This document shows, in pieces, positions 24,376 through 38,270 of a stretch of 64,000 nucleotides of DNA (its first letter is position 1; each line of letters starts with the position of its first letter). Below the pieces are notes generated by a model. The model saw only the letters and a program-made list of their open reading frames with translations, searched no databases and was not told the origin of the DNA. The position numbers and the translations under genes are program-made. Source of the DNA: the human T2T-CHM13v2.0 reference genome, Homo sapiens; NCBI RefSeq assembly GCF_009914755.1, contig NC_060928.1, one strand, 5' to 3'.

Positions 24376-26902
24376 TCAAAATCTGACTCCCTCCCTCAGT
24401 CATGTAACCTGCAGCATAGTATTAGCGCAAGTGCAGGGAGCCAGGCGAAGGGGGAGAGTGGTACACAATTAAGAAGGGCACAGCCTCCCCAGGCTCTTAC
24501 TGAACTGCATTACCACATGACGATGGAAAGTCTTCAGCTAGTTTTCCCCCCAAAGAAATGAATCTGGTAAATCACTATGTTTAACTTACATCTGTTTTAT
24601 TAAAACCTAAGAACAATCGTTTAATATAAAAAAGTTTTTTGAGACATTTTATTACCGAAAACAAAGATCCAATTACATGGCTTCTGTAGTGGGAGTTCTC
24701 AGCAGACAGAAGACAATTACAAAATCAAATAAAGCTGTTATAATTTTAAATCAAATAATTACAGACAAAATGACTAAGTATTGATATTTTTGTTTTTAAA
24801 AATAAAACCAGGCTAAATAAATGAAAATAAATACTTAAAGAAGTAATTGTTGCAGCTAAAGCAAAGCATATACCTTCTTCACCTAAAATATTAGCTTACA
24901 TGTTTATTTTCATTTTAATGAAACCCAGCCCCCGTACAATATGTGTAAACGTCAAACTAATTTTATGTTTCTCTATTAGGTTTCCCACCATTCTAAATGG
25001 TGCACATTTAACAATATTTTATATTTCATTATTACTATGGCCCTCGGGTTCTGTGTTAGAACAATTACATACTGTAAAGAATTAGAAGTTTTTGAGGATT
25101 TACTCTCCAGAATAGTGACTGAATGTACTTTGATAGAAATGGAGTAACAATAGCTAACTCTAATTTATCCACTGCAATTGGTAATAAAGGAAGATAGTTA
25201 AGATCTCAAATCTGGAAGTCTGATATTTTAGCCAACAATCTCAACCTTCTCATTAAACAAAATATTTCTTTGCAGATAAGGCCTCTGCCCTTATTCTCTC
25301 ATCTTGCTATTGATGTCCATTACGTGCATTTGGACTATGTTATGCATGTGTTGGACATTTATAGAACACTCCTTGAGTGTAAAGCTCTGTTGGGTATTGA
25401 AGGGTACAAAGACTCTATCCATCCCTTCAATAAACCTAGAACTGCAGAGAGAGATAGACACCTGCAACTGAAGTTCCTGCCTCTCACAATATTGATATAA
25501 TTGGCTCCTCCCCTCGCCAATTTTATGGTTTGTGAAAGTTCAAAGCATGTCTTCCATATCTTTTCTCACCTATTGGACTCCTGTTGCTGCACATGCTGCT
25601 TCTGTGATGCATTCAGTGGACTCAGATGTAAAACTGCACTGTCTCTTTGAGTTCACATTTAGCAATTTTTTATTCACACTTATGAGCTGAATAAACTTCA
25701 CAGAAGATGGTCTGAAAGGAGACAGATGAGGAACTTACATCACAGGCATGCCCACAATCTGTAAGGGAGCCAAGAAGGCAGGTCATCTGGAAAGCTAAAT
25801 ATCATTTTAAGACATTCATATTCTCCTATAACCATCAATGACCACTACTCACCTCTCTCTCCAAACTGCCCTTTCTTCTCAGCTTTCTCTTTTATCCTGG
25901 ATTGCAGAAGCTCCAGATTCTTTTCCCTCTAATAAACAGGGAATGTCCCCCTCCTCTGAAGTCTTGGCACCATCTGATACCTAGATATTCCCAACAGAGA
26001 ATCCAGTCTCTGGAAGAAGTGTTTGTGCAAATTACAGAGCATATTTTTAAAATATTCTCCCTTTTGTCAAATACCCTTAATTCAAGGCATGAATAAAAAG
26101 GACTAGAAAATAATAATGTTATGATATTGCTTATAGTAGTAAGATTTCTTGATTATGTATGTGTGAATATATATAATTGTGGGACCATGTGGTGATTTTT
26201 TCCCCTTTTTCTACTATTTGTCAGAATGTTTGGTAATAAGACTGCTTTGGAGTAACAAAGAATTGCTTAAGTAGACTAGCTATAAATTTTAAGCTGATGA
26301 TGATCAATCTGAAATGGATGGTTAGACCCAGAACCTTATGATTATTTTGCCTGAACAAATTACAGAGATGAAAGGCTGCCTTCAAATTTTTGGACAGGAT
26401 ATCCCAGGTAAAGATGGAATTCATCCTAAACCAGAGGAGTGATGTAATACCAATTCCATTACCACTCAGTGTCCGGCACTCCAGACCAGAACAAAGCTGA
26501 AAAATCGGCAGGTGTGAATGACTCACACTGGACACTGAGTGATACCATTCACGTATCTTCTGTCCCCATGACGGAAGAAAATTGGCCTAAGAAACTCAGG
26601 AAGTGAAGCTTATATGGTGAACCAAAAAAGTTAGGCCATGCATGCTTAAGGAATACTCAGTGAAAAATCATGAATGCTGATAGAAAAATCCTCCCTCACA
26701 TTGATGCTACTACAGTGAAGATATAATGTAGGTAAAAACACTGTCTTCATAAGGTATTGGCCACCAGGTCAACAAAAACAGCTGCCCTACAGAGGGCATG
26801 TTAAACAGAGAACCACTCTATCCCTGAAGTAAATCCTTTCCTGCTTTGGCAATTGAGGGGCTGGAGTTTTACAGGGGAAGGGGAATCTTCCAAAAGCCCT
26901 CC

Positions 26903-27275
26903 TTTTTTTTCTTTTTTTAAAGATTTTTACTTCTCTCATTTTATTTCTTTTTTAACTTTTAAGTTCATGGGTACAAGGGCAGATTTGTTGCACAGGTAAA
27001 CTTGTGTCTTGGGGCTTTGTTGTACAGATTATTTCAGCACCCAGGTATTAAGCCTAGTACCCATTAGTTATTTTTCCTGATCCTCTGCTTCCTCCCATCC
27101 TTCACCCTCTGGCAGGCCCCAGTATCTGTTGTTCCCTGCTATGTGTCCATGTGTTTTTATCATTTAGCTTCCACTTATAAGTGAGAAGGTGCGGTATTTG
27201 GTTTTCTGCTCCTGTGCAAGTTTGCTAACAGCCTCCAGCTCCATGCACATCCCTGCAAGGGATATGATCTCGTTC
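26903..27275 (-). mobile_element. 5'-truncated old L1PA
   Basis: cccaggtattaagcctagtacccattagttatttttcctgatcctct...ccacttataagtgagaa; TSD tccaaaagccct on both sides. Confidence 0.9.
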
Positions 27276-28299
27276 TCCAAAAGCCCTACTTTTATTCTCT
27301 ACAGGGAAATCAGATCTTCACTACTTCAGAGGAAACATAGCACATTACTTATACCAGTCATCCTAAGTCTTCATTCATAAACATAATCTAACTATCAGAA
27401 TAGCCAGGTATTATAGGAAAACAAGAACTTGGCCTCTCTATCTCTACCAAAATGAATGAATAGGACCAATCCAAGAAGAAGCTGAGTTATCTCAAGAAAA
27501 AACTTTAGGAGAGAAGATTTTTAAATCCCAATTAACAAAATACACCATCAATAAAAATAATATTATATTGCTTTGGGAAAAAGTAGGATATAATAAAATT
27601 AGAATAGAATTATGTAAGTAAAAATTTCAGAGGATTGTCTGAAAAATCAGAGGATAAAGCTAACTATCTTGTAGAAGAAAAAATGACATTTCTTAAAATG
27701 TAGATCACACAGGAAAAGACATCATAAATAGGGGAAAAGGATAGAGACTTGAGGGAGATTCATGGAGGCCAAGGTGCATTCAGTAGAATTCCATAAGAAG
27801 AAATCACAGATAATGAAAGAAAGGGAAACCATTGAAAGAAATATTAGAAGAAAATTAGCTTTTGCTGAAGAAATACAGGAACCTTCTGATTGATTGAAAG
27901 ACACATCAATCAAGCATTGGGCAGGATAGATGTTTAAAAAATAATAAAGCTCTTGATGCAATCTCAAGATGAAGAGACAATTCTAAAAGCTTCTAAAGAA
28001 TTAAAATAGGTTACCCAAAATGAAGAATCAGACTAACACCTGATATTTCACCAGAAGCACTAAAACCCTCGAGGACAATAATGGAAAGCATATTTGTGTG
28101 TATATGTTTTAGAAAGACATCTGGAAAAATATACATCAAACCTTTGGGAGTTGAGGGAGAAGACTGGCTTTTTACTTTCTACCTTGCTGTTGTTTTAATT
28201 TTTAAGATCATCTTTTATTACTTTTATAACTAAATTATTTTAAAAATATCTTTCCCTTCTAATTAATTCTATCCATGGACAGAATTAATTAGTAGGCAA

Positions 28300-28910
28300 A
28301 GAGACTAGACGCTGTTACCTAATTAGAATGTTATTATAACAGTCACTGACGAGAAACTGAGAGGGGAAGAACCTACAGTAATAGAAATTAGGGGCCTGAA
28401 TCAAGGAATGTTTTGAAGATATTTTTCATGATTTGGTGAGTTATTGAAATTAAGAATAAAGGAGAAAGAAACAATAAAGGTGATTCCTACAAGTCTGAAT
28501 GACTAGATGACTAGATAATTATGCCATTCAGATGAGAAAGACCAAAGGAGGAATAGATTTCTGTTGGATGTTACGGAGAAGTCCATACGATGTTTACGTT
28601 ACGGACTTGAGTCTGAGGTATAGGAAGAGCATTCATATAAAGGGTCTGGCCTGTGGTCTGAAATGGGGGCTGGAGCTTGGGAGAGATGTTGACTGGAGAG
28701 ATAGCTGGGCCATGGGGTGAGCAGACAAGAAAGAAAAGGACTCATGACAGATCCATGTGGAGAGCCTGCACCAGGGGAAACTGAGGGAAGAGAAGCCAGT
28801 GCTGCGGGAGAAGGAGTGTTCATACGGAAAGGAGGATCTAGAGAGATCAATGTCACAGCTAAAGGAGGACATTTTCTCCAAAAAGGAGAAGGATTTGCCA
28901 CATTGACGAA
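28300..28910 (-). mobile_element. Degenerate L2 fragment
   Basis: Purine-rich segment with atgccattc...gatgagaaagac...ggctggagc...tgggagag typical of antisense L2. Confidence 0.45.
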
Positions 28911-29920
28911 GACAAGAAGGAAGAGTTGAAATGCAAGTTTTTGATAACTGACAATGTCATTTCTTCTTCAGGAATTTCAGGTTAATAAATATTAGAATGG
29001 CCAAATAATCTTGTATAATATATTATGGTTCATCAGGTTGTTCTCATACAGGCATCTCTTCATTACCAAGGGGCTTTTAACATCTTAAGCAAGGCAAAGG
29101 TAGAAGACCCCTTACAAGGTTGCACTTTATCTAGATTTCTGGAGAAAACATGGAGTCAAGGAGTCCACCCCTTAGGGATGAGTTTCCAGAATTCCAAGCT
29201 GAGGTCAATTCCTGAACCAGGAATACCAAGTTCAAGGAAAAGATGGGCTGAAGTCAGGACACAGAGGTGAGACCAAAGCCACCAGGAGCAAGACCAGAGC
29301 CAGAGACCAGACAGGGAAGACAAAAACACCATCAGCGAACGTGTTCATCTGAGAGTCAGTCAGAGGACATATCAGCAGTGGCACTATGAAACTAATACCT
29401 TCTTGCCTTTCAATCATTTGTCTGTCTTATTAGGGAAATGAATTGTTATCTGATAATATTTCCCACAGAAGAAAGTGTTAATCATTTATATTCTCAAGAT
29501 CTATGACCTATAAAATATGCATATGGAGAAGATTGATACTTTTCTAATATGCATTATGATGAAAAAGAACTATTCATTTCAAATGGTATAATAGGGGAAG
29601 TGGTTCCTTCATCATTTTTGGCTTTTTGTATCTTCCACTGAACACATTTTCTCTTCTGAACTTCTCCAGTACATATTGTAATAGCACATGTCTGCTTCTA
29701 ATCATTTATTACCTTCATACTGACATCTTTTCAACCACATACATTGTATCTTTGTCATGACAGCCACAGGGGCACCAATTCTGTCTTATTTTCCTTTGAA
29801 TCCTCTATAGCTACTAGAACAGTTTACATAATAGGTTATCTCATACTAATTGGCTGTCTTTTATCGCATTACCCAAAGATAATGACTACTGAGGATTATT
29901 CCTAATACAACCTAATACAA

Positions 29921-30237
29921 CCTCCATATCTGCATCTGTGGATTCAACCAATCTCAGATTGAAAATATTTGAAAAAAAATGGTGTCTGTACTGAACATTT
30001 ACAGACCTTTTTTCTTGTCATTATTCCTTAATAATACAGTATAACAACTATTTACATAGCAGTCATCATATTAGGTATTATGAGTAATCTAGAAGTGATT
30101 TAAGGTATACTGGAGGATGTGCATAGGTTTTATGCAAATACTACATCATTTTATATTAGGAACTTGAGCATCTCTGAATTTTGGTATCCAAGGGAGGTCC
30201 TGGAACCACTCCCCCATAGATACTGAGGAATGACTAT
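29921..30237 (+). mobile_element. MER2 (TcMar-Tigger) element
   Basis: gcatctgtggattcaacca...tacagtataacaactatttacatagc...ggaggtcctggaacca...gatactgaggaatgact; orientation approximate. Confidence 0.85.
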
Positions 30238-30520
30238 ATTATTTCCTTATGTAGGTTTTTATATTTTTTAAAGTATTTTAAGGTACATAAGATCTCTTGA
30301 TTTTCACAAGAATTAAGTGGCTTAAATGGGAGAGAGGGTGGATTACCACTTAATAGATGAGTAAACTGAGGTTCAAATAATTCAATGATTTTCCAAAAGA
30401 TTCAGTATTCAAACTACAGTCTATACTTCTTAATTCTTAACTGGGTTACCTTCTACTACCAGAAGTGCTGTTGATTTTCTGTAATTGAGATTCAGATAAC
30501 CGAACCCACATATCCTAGGC

Positions 30521-30757
30521 CAGTGGTTCTTATATGGTGGTGGCTGGGGCTAGGGGAAGACTTCAGGGGTGTATGCGTATACCACTTTCCAAGAAGAGAT
30601 TGGAAATGTGCAGAGTTATCACATGGTGGGTATCACAATGGATGAAAAGTGATTGTGGCATTTAGTAGGATGGGGTGTTTAACACCTTGCAATACTGAAG
30701 CCACCACGGTGAGAATTGTTCCATTTGAACACCCATTGCATCCCTCTTAAGAAACTC
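30521..30757. mobile_element. hAT-Charlie MITE (MER20/MER5-like)
   Basis: Termini cagtggttct and agaaact; internal tggcatttagtagg. Confidence 0.5.
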
Positions 30758-31441
30758 AGCAAGTTTAGGCAAATAAAGGGAACTATAGCCACCTCTACAA
30801 ATATCTGACCAAGAGTCCTCCTTTATGCTGTCTATAAGGGGTAAGTGAGCAAAAGCAGGAATTTAGCACACAATCCAGGCTCGTATTCTTTGTACATAAA
30901 AATACAACTATTACATCATCGCATTAATAATCACATAAGCAACGTGGTGTGTAATTTACAAGAACACTTAAAGAACTCTCAGTACCTTGGTGCCGGTTAG
31001 AGACTTCACTGAATACATTTTAACTTATACTCCTTTATTTGTTTTGATAAAAAAGAGAGTCAAACAGAATTGTCTGGAATCTTTTCTTAAGGTTAACAGC
31101 TTTTTGTTCCCCTTTGTTCAAGTGTTCATTTTAATAATCTAATTATTCCAGATCTATGACTCCTGCTACTCAGGACTCTCCCAAAAGACCCCTGACTTCT
31201 GATGTTCCACTTCTGCCTGTCCTTTAACCCAAATAGATTCCTGTTGCCCTTCCAGCAAAACAAAACGAAAGGAAATGACATGCTACAGAAGGCTTTCTTC
31301 TCAGTTTGCAACAAACCCTGTAACAAGGTTTTCCCTCTGTTTAGGATAAAGGTCTCTGGGCACCTAAGGCATTAAGCCACAGAGCATTGCCCTCCTGCAT
31401 TATTACCATCCTGGGATTACCTTTTGAAACATTCTAGCATT

Positions 31442-32133
<692 letters not shown>

Positions 32134-33739
32134 GAAAAGATTTTCTAGAGTTTAGTGCTTTCAAATTATCTTTAATACAGATACATTTCTAAAAGGATAT
32201 GCCTTTCCAATTTCATTAAGTTGCTTAGGGTGAGAACACAGGACTGAGGAAATAATTGGGCACAAAAAACAGCTCTTACCTGTAACCCTTTCAAGTGCAA
32301 ACTGTGATGACAAATGCTTTACTCACTCAATAACTAATAACATACTTTTGGTTACACAAACATACTGCTAAAAAATTGTATTTTCAATGATTGAAGCAAT
32401 TATTCTACATAATTTTCACTTAGCAGTTCTAAGAATGTATTGATTTGTTTTCTGCTCATCTGGTATACTGGAGCAAATTGTTTAGCTGTGATGCTTTACA
32501 AAGTGCCATGTATCACTTTGTATCTCCAATTAAATTTCAATTAAGAAATCTTATAATTATCTTATATCAACCAGCCAAGAGCAGAAATTCCTCATATTGA
32601 ATCATACTTACACTACTAATGAGACTGTCAAGGTTTGGCTTTATGTTTACCTCAGATAGGCGTCCAAAAACTGTGATGATTGTCCAAACTCTCCGAACAT
32701 CTTGAGTCTGCAAAATTTCGCTGGCAGTCTTGTGGGAAGAAGTTTCTTTTCTGCATGAGCCATAGTGTCTGCTTCAAGTCCTGGCTCAAAGTCAGACTAC
32801 AAAGGCAGACAAAAATGAGAGGGAAATTTTTATCTAAGTAGTTCAAAGCTTCAAAATGGATGAAAGGTTCAGGAAAAGGGAAAGTTTATTTTCTTTAAAA
32901 CCAGTTCAACATATTTGGTGCCTATGGCCACATTCATGTTTAACCTGTTACAGCAGTAATAAATTGAATTCTATCCCCCTTCAGGTGAGAATAACCAGTA
33001 AGGAAACTTTCTGTGACATATTTTATATTCTTGGATCTTTTCCCTGTTTTAACACACAAGAGTGGCAATACCAAAACAAGCTGTGTTTTTATTTGAATTG
33101 TGCTTATACATAGGCATCATAAGTATATACTGAAGTATTTGCTTAAGCAAGTAGGGTATTAAGTAGGATTTTAAAAATAAGTAGAAGCAAAACGGGAATG
33201 ATAATTGAAAATGTATAGAATTATAAAATGTGCCTCATGATTTGAAGTATAGATCCAGGGAATTATTCTGAGTAAGTAAACAATCCACTTCCTTTTTTCT
33301 ATCTGGAATCTAATAAAATGTTTTAAAGGCTTTGCCCTTAAAATGAAAAGGTAAGTATACAAAGAAAATTGAAAGATTTAACCGAATGAGAAATTGCTTA
33401 ATATAATTCCTACAGTCATGACATTCCAAGTTCAGAACAATTTGTTTTAAATTTAAATAAAATAAAATAAAATAAAATTTTATTTTAAATAAATTTTAAA
33501 TAAAATAATAAAATTCAGTCCATTTTAGCCATAGACCTTGTTTTTCAAATGACCTTATGATTCAGTTATTATACCTGCGCTCATTCTGTGACAGGTCATT
33601 CCAGAAGAGACACAATCGTACAAAGCTGAACATAAAATAAATCTTGGTTTCTTATTGAATTTTAAATTACATTGGGAATGCTTTTGGAATAATTCCAGAC
33701 CTTAGGAGAAAAAACGTCTCCCAACTCTAAAGTCCCAGG

Positions 33740-33910
33740 TTCCATCTCAACGTTTCACATTCACCGGCAAAGGCTCCAAAAATAAATTACAGGCAAGCTT
33801 AAAAGATCAGAAAGGCTTTCCCATTGTGCAAGTGGGTGATTACCCGCGATTGGTGTCTGTTACAGTCATTGTGTCTTTCTCTAGGATTCTCTCTCTGTTT
33901 CCGAAACACA
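33740..33910. repeat. Local duplication C, copy 1 (partner 35240-35407)
   Basis: The first 84 bp differ at only 2 positions; offset exactly 1500 bp. Confidence 0.95.
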
Positions 33911-34074
33911 TATGTTCCAAGTTTTGGATGCTACGACTTCGTGTTCATGTGGTTCAGAATTTAGCCCTCCCCCAGCCCCTAAAAAGGCTGATCTTATGGG
34001 CGTGAAAAACAGGCATTTCACAGATTTAGATAAATGTATAGTGTGTCATAAAACTAGCTCATAGAATTATAATT

Positions 34075-34285
34075 TGAAATTGTTAAGAACATTGTGAGTA
34101 CCTACTACCTGAGGGATGAATTTCAATGGCACACCTTATTTTGTTTCATCCTTACTACAGCTGTGCTATCCCATTTTACAAATAAGGAAAACTGAGGCTT
34201 AGAGAAATTAAGTAACTTTTCCATAATTTGTCAGCTAGGAAATGATACAAGTTGAGTTCAGATCTAAGTTTTCAGACCCCACGTC
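34075..34285 (-). mobile_element. MIR
   Basis: cccattttacaaataaggaaaactgaggcttagagaaattaagtaact. Confidence 0.8.
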
Positions 34286-34317
34286 AAGGGGTTTCAGCTT
34301 TAAAAATTACGAGTCTT

Positions 34318-34575
34318 GCCCGGGCGCGGTGGCTCACGCCTGTAATCCCAGCACTTTGGGACGCCGAGGCAGGGGAATAACAAGGTCAAGAGTTCGAGAC
34401 CAGCCTGGCTAACATGGAGAAACCCCATTTCTACTAAAAATACAAAAATTAGCCACCCGTGGTGGCGCACCCCTGTAATCCCAGCTACTCAGGAGGCTGA
34501 GGCAGGAGAATCGCTTGAACCCGGGAGGCGGAGGTTGCAGTGAGCCGAGATGGCGCCACTGACTGTCTCAAAAAA

Positions 34576-34606
<31 letters not shown>

Positions 34607-34609
34607 AAA
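34318..34609 (+). mobile_element. AluS with 3' internal deletion and (TAAA)n tail
   Basis: Dimer lacking the cactccagcctgggcgacagagc segment. Confidence 0.93.
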
Positions 34610-34789
34610 GATGCTTTGGAAAACCTAAAGGTTGTGCAAAGGCCTCTCACAATTTCTTTTCATAGTTAATTTATGAAAATGCAACACACAGTCTCATCAA
34701 AGCTCAAAATTATCTTTTTCATCCCCGTTGGTACCCTGTTGATTCTTCCAAACTAAAACACAGCTGCATATAATTCAGATTTATTATAC

Positions 34790-35015
34790 TTTATTTTATT
34801 TTTTTAAATAATTTCAACTTTTAGATTCAGGGGGTACACGTGCAGGTTTGTTACATGGGTATATTGCGTGGTGCTGAGGCTTGGGGTACGATTGATCTGG
34901 TCACCCAGGTATTGAGCATAGTACCCAAGAGTTAGTTTCTCACCCCCTTCCCTTCTCCCTCCCTCCCCCTTCTAGTAATCCCCAATGTCTACTGTTGCCA
35001 TCTTTATGTCCATGT
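34790..35015 (-). mobile_element. Old L1PA 3' end
   Basis: ggggtacacgtgcaggtttgttacatgggtatattgcg...ttgccatctttatgtccatg. Confidence 0.88.
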
Positions 35016-35239
35016 CATACTTTTTTATGATGTAAACCAACTATAGTGTAGTCCAAGACCTTAAAGGCACCTGAAGCTGAAAAAGAATGTTAATTATGGC
35101 ACCGTATTATGACCAAGTCATCCCAGTCTGTGCTGCGACATGAGCCCTAACGATTTTCTCATTAGCAGATGCTCTAGCTGGTTTCCATGAAGGCTTTCCA
35201 CAGTGACTTCCATAGTCGTCAGAGGCGACTACTATCAGA

Positions 35240-35407
35240 TTCCATCTCAACGTTTCACATTCACAGGCAGAGGCTCCAAAAATAAATTACAGGCAAGCTT
35301 AAAAGATCAGAAAGGCTTTCCCAGCATGCGAGTGGGTGATTCATTTGATTTGTGCCTGTTACAGTCATTGTGTCTTTCTCTAGGCTTCTTTCTGTTTCCG
35401 AAACACA
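35240..35407. repeat. Local duplication C, copy 2
   Basis: Direct repeat of 33740-33910. Confidence 0.95.
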
Positions 35408-36438
35408 AAACTACAGAAACCACCTCACCCTCTTTCTGTCCTTAGGGTTCACGCTAATTATGTTTTTACTCTGAAACGGGTTTTAGGATTGAAGGGCCAT
35501 GTCGAATGGTGATAATTCTATTTCAGTTAGACAAGAGCCTGGAAAAAAAATTATTTTAAATGAGTTTCAGTTTGCGCATTTTTTTAAAAAAAGAGCAAAA
35601 AGTATGCATGTATGTTTGTTTTTACATTCTTCTTTATTTTTATCTTCTTACTTTGCTTTTTAATGAGTCATTAGCATTGGAAAATGAAAACAATTTTTCT
35701 CTAGCCAAGAAATATTGCAGGTATTACACATTCTCCTACATCAAAGCAAAGGCACTCCAAGCCCCCTTTTTAATGAAAAGAGTTTTTAGCAGGTGGGAAG
35801 AAAAGAAAAAAAAAGCACTTGCTCCTGAGATGATAAAAAGCCATTTTTCACTGCAAAATTATTAAATTAGCTGTAAGGAGTTGGAGTTTGTATTTGGCAT
35901 TCCTTCTCACCTCACCCCAGCCTTCATCTCTCATTGCATTTTTGTGGAAGGGTTATAGATATACTCTAAATTGTTGACCTATCATGGAGACGGTAGTTAG
36001 TCTCCAAATTCCCTGTGGGCAAAGATGATTGCAGCCTCCCTGCTAATAAGTACACTTCAGTTCTATGAAATTTATACTTAAAAGAAAACAATGGAAAATG
36101 TGGCACAAACACATTGTCATATTTACGCAGATATGTTGACTCACTGTTACTTAAGCGTCAATGAATTATTCAGGGCTCAAGATGGGGATAAATATTCAGG
36201 GAGGTAACTGCACTCATTCTTTATCCGTTTGTGTTATTCGGGTTTTTACTTGGTTTCTTTATTTTTGCTTTTTTCTCATATGAGAAGTGTTCAGATGACA
36301 GCACATCCAACAACAAAATTCAGCCCCCATCCTATAAAAACGTCCTCTCTTAGACTGTCTTGTTAGTTGTGACATATTTTATTGTAAACTAAAACTAACT
36401 GGGAATTGGGTTGTATTTATTTTACACTCTCACTCATT

Positions 36439-36750
<312 letters not shown>

Positions 36751-36837
36751 TAATAGATCCAGTCTTTAAAGAAATATAAGCCATTTGATTGCCCAATTAT
36801 ATGTTGCAAAAAAATAAAAATGTTGAAAAGTGTCCCT

Positions 36838-36955
36838 TCCAGTCAACAGATATTTATTGAGCACCTACTCAGTGAAGACACTGTTCAGGATGCCCAGAAT
36901 ACAGGAGTGAACAAAAGAGACAAAAATGCCTGCCTTTTGAAGCTGACATTTGAGT
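36838..36955 (-). mobile_element. L2 3' end
   Basis: tcaacagatatttattgagcacctact. Confidence 0.75.
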
Positions 36956-36989
36956 TGCAGAGGTGAGGGGAAAGTGGTGGTGGATCTAC

Positions 36990-37422
<433 letters not shown>

Positions 37423-37596
37423 CTGCTGCACCCTATTAACAATTATTGTGGCAGGTTTTTAGTGGCAAAGAATTCTGAAGTACTTTGTTGAGTGCTCCCA
37501 CCTAGGAAACTAGTCTTTTACCTAACTTGGCACTTTATATCAACCACAACCACAATCCAGCAGTTTCCATAAACAGAAAAATTATACCATGACTAC

Positions 37597-37743
37597 TTAT
37601 GTAAAGCTATATGTAAGGCTCCCTATATATTTATGTAAAGCTCTCTCTCTCTATATATATATATATGGTTTACATGTTTCTCCCAGCTAACCTTTCCATA
37701 TATATATATATATATATGGAGAGAAAGAGAGAGAGAGAGCTTA
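37597..37743. repeat. Compound (CT)n(AT)n...(AT)n(GA)n inverted microsatellite preceded by short tandem repeats
   Basis: aagctctctc...atatatgg and ccatatat...gagagagctt; preceded by three atgtaa(a/g)gct units. Confidence 0.85.
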
Positions 37744-38034
37744 GGCAGATACCAACCTTGGGTGGGAATCTTTCACATCCTTAAAAAGGTTTGGGCCTAT
37801 CTGATGGCCTTGTTGCGTCATTGCCCTCTACGTGGCTGGACCCAGAGCAAGGGCCATTTCCAGACAGTCTCCACCAGCCCACTGGATTCACCTGGCTCCT
37901 CAGACCTCTGCCTCTTCCATTTCCGTATGACCTAATTACCTGCTGTCTTTTGATATATTAAGATTTTGTGCCACTCTCCTACTGAGATGGACCTTAAATC
38001 CTCATGAGCTGATACTGTCTCGTCTACTTTATGA

Positions 38035-38270
38035 GAAAGTATAGCACAGTAATTAAGAGCACAGCCTCTGAGCATGTCAGCTAGGACCACTTCCTAGCTC
38101 CATCATTTGCAAGCTGTGTGACACTGAGAACGTCACTTGCCTTGTCTGACCCTCATCTTCTTCATTTGTAAAATGGAGACGATACTACTGTTGAGAGGAA
38201 TATATGAGTTAACAGATAGAAAGTAATTAGGATAACACATGACACCTAGTTGATAGTATATAAATTATAT
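38035..38270 (+). mobile_element. MIR
   Basis: agctgtgtgac...cttcttcatttgtaaaatggagacgata. Confidence 0.75.
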
